Below are positions 54,567-64,000 of a stretch of DNA of 64,000 bases, piece after piece. Every line of letters starts with the position of its first letter. Positions within the stretch are counted from its first letter, which is position 1. The position numbers and the translations under genes are program-made. The DNA is taken from assembly GCF_006345805.1 (NCBI RefSeq), contig NC_043002.1:30566001-30630000 (forward strand), in the 5' to 3' direction. Source of the DNA: Octopus sinensis (Eukaryota). Under the pieces are notes generated by a model that made no database searches, was not told where the DNA came from, and worked only from the letters and a program-made list of their open reading frames with translations.

Positions 54567-55729
54567 TTCGTTTTTGGATTTGGTTTGCAAGATTCTTTAT
54601 GTGAGTTCGTGTGTTGAAGCATATTCTGTTGTGTCTGGGGAGAGTCATTTTTCGGTGAGTGTGTTATATTATAAGGCACAAAAAGAAAATGACTCTCCCC
54701 AGACACAACAGTATATATATATATATATATATAACTGAAATTGCCAAATCGAAAGCCTGATAGAGGCGGGCTCCTGTTAGGGGTCTGCGCAAATTTAAGT
54801 TGCACCGAACCGTTTTAAATAATACAGGTAACACCTGCTGAAAGTGTTGAGTGCCCTTTTCTTTCGTTAGTCCACTCACTCGTGTACAGACACACACACA
54901 CACACACACATGTATGTATATATATATATGTATGTATATATACATACATACATATATGTATATATACTTACATATATATATATATATATATATACATACA
55001 CACACACACATATATACACGTACACTCATACATGCAAACATACATGCGTACATAAGTATATACTAGTCGGAAGAGTAGGAGATTCGCAAGGAAGCTGCAA
55101 GGGTCTGTCACTATCGAAATGCGGTATTGGCAATGTAGTATTAACAATGCATTCACATATTCTAAACGCCATCATCGAATTATTTCATTATTAAAAAGTG
55201 GCTGTATTATTATTATTCTGCTTTTTCTTTTTTCAGATATTAGAATGTCATGTTCCTTTATACAAACAGACTGTATCACGTTCGTCTAACCTCACTCATT
55301 TGATTTTTAACTTTTGTGCTTTATTCAGTCTTACTGTGTATCACGCCAAATTACTGAACCTGGTACTTGACCCCCACCTACATCACATTAACTCTTTCAA
55401 AAACCTTAAAGTACCTGCCTACAACACTGTTTCTCTGTATACACTAACTGACTGAGATACAAGGGAAGATTTGAACAACATTGAACCCGCTAGTCTTGGA
55501 TGAGTCGCGATTAGCAAGGATGGTGGCTCTTCCCTTTGGATTAGACATAAGACTTCTCATCAGATTAAACCAAACGCAGTTGATCGACTAAAATGAATAC
55601 GAGTGGGAAAAGCGGTGGTGGTGGATGTGAAAATAATTGTCTGACTATGGAAGAAACCTCGAACATCGAATACAAACAGCCAACAGATTAGGAAAATCAT
55701 AAATACGTCCTCGCAAATATATACATATC

Positions 55730-55980
55730 ACCACCACCAACACCACCACCATTACCACCACCACCACCACCACCACCACTATCACCACCACCACCACCAC
55801 CACTATCATCACTACCGCTGCCACCGCTATCACCACTATCACCACCACCAGCATCACCACCACCACCACCACCACCACCACCACCACCTCCACTATCATC
55901 ACTGCCGCCGCCACCACTGTCACCACCACCACCACCACCACCACTACCAGCATCACTACTATCATCACCACCACTACCAC
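55730..55980. repeat. Degenerate (CCA)n microsatellite
   Basis: Direct inspection. Confidence 0.9.
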
Positions 55981-56395
55981 CTTCGCCGACACTAGAACAC
56001 TATACCGAACTCTATAATCGCACACGAACTCCCACCCACACAATACACTAGGACAAGCATTCAAAGAAGACAACAAAACCCTTGTAAATCGTAAAGCAAA
56101 TAAAAGTGAACGGAGAAGTAAAAAATTCTTCACCACACACGATAATCTCACACGAAATAACAGGAGGAACAAAACGACACTGACAACACAACAAGACTCA
56201 AATCACTGATTACATCTCGATAAGGCAGGATGTGGAGGTTTTATAACATGCATAAAGTCATGCACCCGGTACACAGATACCTCATACGACATTCGAATAC
56301 AAATAGGGCACAGCAATCCACTTGGGAATTGAAGCATTCAAGATTAAATAAAAACAAAAATAGGAACACGGAAACAAAACAATATATATATACAT

Positions 56396-56830
56396 ATGGC
56401 TCAGTGGTTAGAGCATCGAGCTTACGATCGTGAGGTTGTGAGCTCGAATCCCGGACCGGGCTGCGTGTTGTGTTCTTGAGCAAGGCAGTGAAGGTGCATG
56501 GCTCAGTGGTTAGAGCGTCGAGCTTACGATCGTGAGGTTGTGAGCTCGAATCCCGGACCGGGCTGCGTGTTGTGTTCTTGAGCAAGGCACTTTATTTTTC
56601 ACGTTGCTCCAGTTCACTCAGCTGTAGAAATGAGTTGCGACGTCACTGGTGCCAAGCTGTATCGACCTTTGTCTTTCCCTTGGATAACACTGGTGGCGTG
56701 GAGAGGGGAGGCTTGTATGCATGGGCGACTGCTGGTCTTCCATAAACAACCTTGCCCGGACTTGTGTCTAGGAGGGTAACTTTCTAGGTGCAATCCCATG
56801 GTCATTCTTGACCGAAGGGGGTCTTTACCC
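56396..56830 (+). mobile_element. SINE family C with tandemly duplicated tRNA head
   Basis: atggctcagtggttagagc...gagcaaggca occurs at 56396-56487 and again from 56498. Confidence 0.93.
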
Positions 56831-57464
56831 TTTATATATATACCTAGTAACCAGCATCATTTACAATCTCTACGGTTTCTCACGCCGAACCAATGAGAAA
56901 GCTGATAAGTTGTCGTTCGATTTGCGAGAAATAGTAACAAAATCTCCATCGAATCACATGAAAAATTATATATTTTGGCTAAGGTGGTCCTTCCTATACT
57001 GAAGGGGCTATGGTCATTACTACAACGAATTTGCGTAGAACGGTTTCGATTAGCACTTGCGTGACGTTAAGGAGTATTTTTTTTTTATCTAGACGCCAAG
57101 CCAGCAATGTTTGAGGAATTAGTTTATGGTTTATGGTTCCTATAGTGAGTGGTATTGCACCACCCCTGGAAAGTTCCAAGGGGCGTTGAAGAAAAGGGGA
57201 GCAATAATAAGGTAGTAACTCATGTAACAACAACAAAATAATGGGTTCATTACGTTAAGATTTATTTGCTAAATACAGTTGCTTTGAATTTGCTTCAGAA
57301 AGGGGTCTAAGTTTGTGATGGTTAGCTAGGGTGGGGGCGCTAGGAATATGGCCTGGGTGTCGGGAGAGCGGCAGCAGTAAAAGTTTGTATTATATCTTCC
57401 CCATATCTTGATTGGAATAACATCTACAGGTTTTCATATAGGTATACGTAGAACAAAAACAAAC

Positions 57465-57685
57465 TCAAGAACAATCCTTTGTACAAAAGGCAAGAGGTCT
57501 GGAATTTTTCGGGAGGGAATAAGTCGAACACATCAAACCCAGTGCGTAACTGGTACTTATTTTATCGACCTCTAACGGATGAAAGGCAAAGTCAACCTCG
57601 ACGGAATTTGAACTCAGAATGTAAAGATGTCGAAATGCCGCTAAGCATTTCGCCCGGCGTACAAACGATTCTGCTATAGCTCATC
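57465..57685 (-). mobile_element. SINE family A variant
   Basis: aactggtacttattttatcgacc...gatgaaaggcaaagtcaacctcg.cggaatttgaactcagaa. Confidence 0.85.
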
Positions 57686-58224
57686 GAATCATTACAATAA
57701 TAAAATTCGTTTGCTTTCATGCTGCGTGTTGGTTTGGATATGCTGTCATTGTCGGAGTTTGGTTCATATTCGGAATTACTGCTCTTCTACACTAATCAGA
57801 TGACCATACCTCGCTGAGCGCTTCCCTTTGGAAACGGTTTCTACGACTGGATGCCCTTTCTGATACCAACCAATTTGTAATGTATTGTGTACATCTTATG
57901 ATGGCACCAGCACTAGAGAAGCTTCAAATAGTATTTCTGATATCACACCTTAAGTAGCCAACATGATATATTCTAGTAACAACCAATCTCAGACACAACA
58001 TATAATTAACGCAACGTTTAATTAAGGTAATTAATGCACTCATGTTGAGAAACTAAAGGAAGAATACGTAATCGAATACACTCTATTCATCCAACTCAAA
58101 CGAGAACTGGCCATCACTGATTCGAAATCAACACCTATAGCAAAAGATACACGATATTGCATGCAACAATAAAGACATTCGGACAGTAAACTGGTATATC
58201 TGTGTGATCGCTTTGTAACTATAT

Positions 58225-58510
58225 GATTTCAGGTTGAATCCCACTGCGTGACACCTTGGGCAAGTATTTTCTACTACGGTTCCGGACCGGCAAATGTTTT
58301 GTGAATGAATTTGGTAGACGGAAACTGTATGGAATCCTGTCATAGACAAGATGTGGGCTTGTATATGTGCATATGTGAGTGTCTCATCAAAATAATTCGA
58401 TAGAATAAGTAACAGATTTAAAAATATGCATTGGGTTTCACTTATTCGAATGATCACCCGAAGGAATTGTTCCAGCATGGTCGCAATTTAAAACAAATAA
58501 AGGAAAAAAG
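58225..58510 (+). mobile_element. SINE family B, degenerate
   Basis: gacaccttgggcaagtattttctac and cgatagaataagta...ccagcatggtcgca. Confidence 0.75.
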
Positions 58511-58702
58511 ACAAATCACAAAGCTTTTCAAATGAAGAAGAGACCCCCAATAAAAATACTACGACATCACAAAGAAAATTTCAAAAACTGCGCCTTTATA
58601 TATTCAAAAATCTTCTCCATTTCGTTCCACCTTCTCATAACATTCTAAAGCTGAACAATGACTTAACCCCAGCACCATTGCAAAGAGTACTTACCGTCCT
58701 AC

Positions 58703-58789
58703 GTTGATGAAGGATCTGTAATATTTCCCACGAAATTTCGGGAATATATCCCGAAATTTCGTGGGAAATATTACAGATCATTCATCAAC
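58703..58789. repeat. 41-bp inverted repeat hairpin, 5-nt loop
   Basis: gttgatgaaggatctgtaatatttcccacgaaatttcggga-atata-tcccgaaatttcgtgggaaatattacagatcattcatcaac (one mismatch). Confidence 0.95.
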
Positions 58790-59405
58790 ATATTCAATCT
58801 TTAATTTATTTGACGATATTGATTTAGGAACTTCACACAAAAGAGGCATGATTTCGGAAAGAATAACAAAAGTACATGCATAAATAGAGAAGCTGCGACA
58901 TGGTTATGTGGTTAAGGACACAGTGAGACAGCTTGGGCAAATGTATTCTACTATAGCCCCGGGCTGACCGATATATTGTAAAGAAGCCAGTTACATAAAC
59001 ACATGAGTGTAACAACACACACACACACACATGTATGTACGTGTGGTGTGAATGTGTGGGTGCCTTTGTGTTCTTGCGCTTGCGTTTGTCACTGTATCGA
59101 CATTTGGCAGCCTATATTGATTGGTTTACGACTCTGTGGCTTAGCTGTTCGGCCACAGAGACCATACAGTAAGTTTCTAATTAATAAAGCGCTTACGCAA
59201 TTTCTATTTCTTTTATACATTCCTTCTTTCTGTAATTGGACAGTGGTCATTCTGGGGCACCACATTTGTTTTTAAACCTGGTTTTTATCTTATTGGTCTT
59301 CGTTGATGAACAACTAAGCTACGGGATCATCAGCAAACTAAAAACAGCTTGTCAAGGAGAGGTGCCGTGACAAACACAGACACAAATATACCCACCCCTC
59401 ATATA

Positions 59406-59617
59406 TGAGGTGGTTCTGAAAAGTTCTTGGTTTTAAGGTTATTGCGAAAGGCCTTGCTGGAGGCCCAATATTCCAAGTTTTGTTACAGGGCTTAGAAAAC
59501 TAATGGACAGCTGCAATATGTGTAAATTTAGAGGAGAATATATTGAATAAAATCATAAGTAACTGATCCACCTGTAATTTCTTTTACCCAAAGCCAGGAA
59601 GTTTTCAGCACCGTTCG
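59406..59617 (-). mobile_element. Mariner-type MITE copy
   Basis: tgaggtggttctgaaaagttc...ttttcagcaccgttcg. Confidence 0.8.
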
Positions 59618-59624
59618 GATCTAT

Positions 59625-60130
59625 ATATGTGCTATGGGCTCCACACAACCAAATTCGTCCGTCAACCAAATTCTCTCACAAGGCACCGGTTAGCCTAGAT
59701 TTATAGTTGGAGACGCTTGCTTAAGGTGCCGCGCAATGGAACCGAGCATGGCTAAGTATTAAAACGTTTGTTTCCATGTTCAGTCTCACTGCATGGTATT
59801 TTGAGCAAGTCTCTTTTCCTGTAGCCTCAGGCTTGTGAGTGGATTGAGTAGACAGAACCTGAAAGAAGTCCATCGTGTGTGTGTATGTGTGTGTGTGTGT
59901 TTGTTTGTGTGTGTGTGTTTGTGTTCGTGCTTATCCCTCGCCACAGCTTGGTAATCAGTGGTGGTGTGTTTTAGTCTCCGTAACTTAGCGGGTCAGCAAA
60001 AGTGTCCGATAGAATAAGTAACGGCCTTAAAAAAAAAGAAATGGCGTCGATTCATTCGATTTAAAATTCTTCAAGGCGATGTCCCAGCATGGCCGCAGTC
60101 TATTGACGGAAACAAGTAAAAGATAAAAGA
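59625..60130. mobile_element. Two degenerate SINE family B copies head-to-head
   Basis: Minus fragment 59640-59745 and plus copy about 59770-60130 with tail ccagcatggccgcagtc. Confidence 0.7.
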
Positions 60131-60278
60131 TATGGAGAGAACGAGGGAGAGAGAGTGTGTGAGAGAGAGAGAGAGATAAAGGGAGGTAATAAATATGTAT
60201 ATATATATAGACAGATAGACAAGGAAACAGACAGATCGATCGATCGATAGATAGATAGACAGACACATAGTTAGGTTC

Positions 60279-60320
<42 letters not shown>

Positions 60321-60391
60321 GATAGATAGATAGATAGATAGATAGATACATACATACATACATACATACATAGATAGACAGACAGACAGAC

Positions 60392-60477
<86 letters not shown>

Positions 60478-61061
60478 GCCGACCGGCAGACAGACAGACA
60501 GATAGATAGATCGATAGATAGATACACAGATCATTAAGTATATCGCTGTGTATGTAGATTCTACAAGCAGAGTGCTGCATATCTCACCAACGCAATTGAT
60601 TTGACCAAGATCTCAGCGACGAATTTAGGACGTGACAACATCTGCGAATCAAGCACATGTCTTTTTAATTAGTAGCTGAACACGTCCAAACTAGAAAACA
60701 AACTTCTGTGTATCAAATATGAATGGAAAGCAGAAAGAATCACGTTATTTGTGTTATTTATATTTTCACATGTTATTGTCAACTGACTCTCATGAAAGTA
60801 TATTCTATAAGCATATGTGTGTTTCTCTCTGTATGCATGTATGTGAGCGTATGGGCATGGATATTTAAGCGTGTGTGTGTGTGTTTGTGTGTGGTGTATG
60901 TTTGTGTGGTGTGGTGTGTGTGTGTGTCTGTGTCTGTGTATTTGTGTATATATTTATTAATGAATATATACATATATATATGTGTACATGTGTACATACA
61001 TATATGCATACACATACATATACATACATATATACATACATACATACATACATACACATAC

Positions 61062-61128
<67 letters not shown>

Positions 61129-61710
61129 TATGTATATATATATATATGTATATATATGTGTATGTATATGGTATAGTTGGAAAGAACTGAATATAAATGC
61201 ATATACACTTCTAAGATTACATATGCGTACAATGTATAGTTTGTGTGTGAGTGTATGCGTGCCTGTGTATGTGTTATGAGTATATGTTGTATGTATAAAT
61301 GTGTGTGTGCATGTGTGTATGTATGTGTGTGTGTATGCGTGCGTATGTACGCATGCATACATTACTGACTTCAAGGAGACAATATAATGTAGATATTTTC
61401 ACATCCTATTGTCAAACACTCACATTTATTACGGTAGAACCGTTCATATACACACAAGCAAAGAGACACATATTCGCACACAGAAGCATGCACATTGACA
61501 TGCTCACACAATGAACACACACTCACACAGACACACATACAGAGAAAGAAGGAGAGAGAGAGAGAGAGAGAGTGAAAGGAGAGAGTGATGGGGGAAATGT
61601 CACTGTGATATATACACAAATGCGTTTGTGTATGCTATCTAAATTAATTTTCTCATTACTTACAATACAATGAAATCATCTATGTAGCTATCTTTCTATT
61701 TGTCTCTCTG

Positions 61711-61785
<75 letters not shown>

Positions 61786-61910
61786 GTCAATCTATTTATC
61801 TATCTTTTATCTCTCTCTCTTTCCACACACACACACACACACATACATATCGATTCTTTTTAGAAAAACATAAAAGCAGAAAAGCACACTCTAAGAAGGA
61901 AGTAGAGCAG

Positions 61911-62535
61911 TCTATATTTATTACTGGTGAAGGCCTGTTTATAGGGTTACCCTGGGTTTCCCGCCATAATGTGTATGTTTATGGCATCATGGCGTATCAT
62001 CAGACCCTAAGACTTGTTGACGTATGTCCTCTTTAAAGAATAGAGGGGGAAACAAACCGGATGTAAACAATGGTGGTTATCTCCCTCTTCTGGTGGTCAT
62101 CGGTTGGTCATCGGCTTCAAGCTACGTCGTCTTCTATCAGCTATGCCACCTGTCAGCTATGTGGGTACAAGTTAGGATTTTATCTCCCACTCTCATCAGC
62201 AATTTCCAGCTGTGGTGTAAATATTATCGTTAATTTCACGGCTGGAAATTGATTGCTGATGAGAGTGAGTGATAAACCCCTACCTTCTATTATCACAGCG
62301 GGCAGGTGGCGTAGTTGAAAGAGGACAACATAGTCGGAAGCCGATGACCAGACGATGGCCATCAGAGAAGAAGGTAACCCCCATTGTATAAATCCGGTTC
62401 CTTTTCCCCTCCATTCTTTAAAGAGGCCATAGGCCAACAAGTTTTAAGGTCTGATGATACGCCATAAAGACAATCTTTATGGCGAGCAAATCAGGGAAAC
62501 CCTATAAACAGGCCTTCATTAGTAATAAATATATA
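61911..62535. mobile_element. Fold-back element, about 300-bp diverged arms, 22-nt spacer, hammerhead motif near each outer end
   Basis: 61911-62214 pairs with 62237-62535 (e.g. tttattact.gtgaaggcctgtttatagggtt / aaccctataaacaggccttcattagtaataaa). Confidence 0.92.
61942..62009 (-). ncRNA. Type I hammerhead motif
   Basis: UAGGGU-CUGAUGA-ua-CGCCAU...AUGGCG-g-GAAA-CCCAGGG-UA-ACCCUA; stem I 6 bp; degenerate mirror copy at 62445-62504 (+). Confidence 0.7.
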
Positions 62536-62592
62536 TGTATATATACACGCATACATATACATATATATACGCAAGCATGTGTGTATATATAT

Positions 62593-62800
62593 ACCGGAGT
62601 AAACACATAAATGTGAAGCAAGGTGGAAAAAAGTGTACTCAACTACCAGGGGTAGAGTAATATGCTTTATTTAAAAGCAGCAGAAATTCAACAAATCCTG
62701 TTATCGGAGTTCACGTTCCCGTTCGTCAACCAAAATGCCGACGAACGGGAACGTGAAACTCCGGTAACAGGTTTTGAATTTCTGCTGCTTTTAAATAAAG
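62593..62800. mobile_element. Fold-back element, about 62-bp arms, 12-nt spacer, (TA)n-flanked, with CCGACGA hammerhead-like motif
   Basis: 62665-62727 pairs with 62740-62800; CCGACGA-ACG-GGAA-CGU-GAAA-CUCCGG-UA-ACAG at 62738-62770. Confidence 0.9.
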
Positions 62801-62868
62801 TATGTATAATATATATCTATATATATATATATATATATATATATAGATATATATATATATATCTATAC

Positions 62869-63162
62869 AAGCAATAAGGTTTAGCAACGAGTGCCTACCA
62901 CATACCGAATTTAGAAATAGCAGTCAAAGGGTTATAGCTTTTCTTCTACTAAAAAGGGAGATCTCCTTTTTAGTAGAGAAATAGCTATAACCCTTTGACT
63001 ACTATTCTAAATTCGGTATGTGTAAGGCAACTCGTTGCTAACCCTTATTGCTTAGTATTACTTAAATTTTCCTCGAATGAGGCTTTACATGCCGAAGACT
63101 ACTTGGTGTAATGATAATTTTTCCAAATTAATTAATTTCACCCTTCATATTACGGATAATCT

Positions 63163-63164
<2 letters not shown>
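62869..63164. mobile_element. Fold-back element, about 92-bp arms with no spacer (centre GAGATCTC), (TA)n-flanked
   Basis: 62869-62961 pairs with 62962-63053; right side extends about 110 nt to (TA)n. Confidence 0.92.
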
Positions 63165-63212
<48 letters not shown>

Positions 63213-63299
63213 TATATATATTAATATATATATATATATAATATATATATATGTGTGTATGTGTATATACCAGTATGTGTTATACGTGAGTATAAATAT

Positions 63300-64000
63300 A
63301 AAAATGCTCGAAATGAGGACAAGATAGACAGCAACAACTGCTGAAGGGTCGTTCTTTGTGTTACTTGTCCTGTTTTTCATTTTTTCCTCTCGTTGTTTGC
63401 GTTTTTAACTCTCTCGTTTTCGTACTTCCTGTTGTTTACAGTCGGTGATGTCCTGTGCCCATATATGCATATATTTATATATATGCACACACACATACTG
63501 TTAAAATGCGAATAGAAGAATGTGATAAAAAGTCACCAAGTAGTGTTTAAACTCCAATTACTGCATGCGTATGAGGTAGTTCACAAGTAGTAAAATTGAC
63601 TACTACACAAATGATCCAAATTGCGTGTATATCGAAGAATGACAGACGGACGATAACAGGCGTATGGTATGTATTCATATTAACTTTAAGCGCACTTTAC
63701 ATGATCGAAGCTGGTCTTTTCTTTACAGCTGTTTCAAATGATACATGGATATTTGATAAAAACAATGTATATTATGCAAGCTGGTACCGTTCTGAGGCAT
63801 TATTACTATTAATCCTAAAAACGAAGACATGAAATTTAATGGTTGACCATTACCGTGCGACCTGTTCACGTCATTTCCTTCAGAAGATGAAAGACGAGTG
63901 CATCATACAGAGATACTCAACTATTATTGAATTGATGGATCTGATGCTGATTAAAAAGCTCAACCTAACCGTCCACGGCTTACCGCAAACACAAGGCTAT
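63300..64000 (+). other. Unclassified repeat, possibly a decayed Helitron RepHel segment
   Basis: Open frame to window end ...TIIELMDLMLIKKLNLTVHGLPQ loosely resembles the Helitron helicase-linker pattern; weak. Confidence 0.25.

Noticed and set aside
54730-54790. Possible additional hammerhead on the minus strand next to (TA)n (gagcc...ggctt stem)
   Set aside because: Both core segments are too degenerate to support
55595-56200. Polyproline or Thr-rich reading frames resembling a formin FH1 or mucin exon
   Set aside because: Explained by degenerate (CCA)n; frames are interrupted by stops and lack credible splice sites
56396-56470. tRNA gene
   Set aside because: Continues into a SINE body, lacks a proper acceptor stem and terminator; it is a SINE head

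Overview
AT-rich, microsatellite-saturated eukaryotic DNA whose repeat families look like those of an octopus (cephalopod) genome; this assignment rests on pattern recognition, not a database search. Frequent homopolymer indels suggest an imperfectly polished long-read assembly. No host protein-coding gene could be supported. The window is a mosaic of tRNA-headed SINEs (families labelled A, B, C, E, F here), a CR1/L2-group LINE, a Tx1/L1-type RT fragment, a (TAA)n-embedded array of Dong/R4-type 3' ends, deleted Tc1/mariner elements and MITEs, and a Penelope-like retroelement (RT + GIY-YIG) in a 3-kb inverted arrangement. The main unexpected signal is about 15 minimal type-I hammerhead-ribozyme-like motifs from at least 7 unrelated sequence families. 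They share a self-complementary stem-III insert, include a compensatory U3-A8 core variant and a recurrent U4C variant, and almost all lie 30-230 nt upstream of a (TA)n or (CA)n junction. Several sit inside short protein-free fold-back (palindromic) elements, including three different fold-backs back-to-back at 61.9-63.2 kb.
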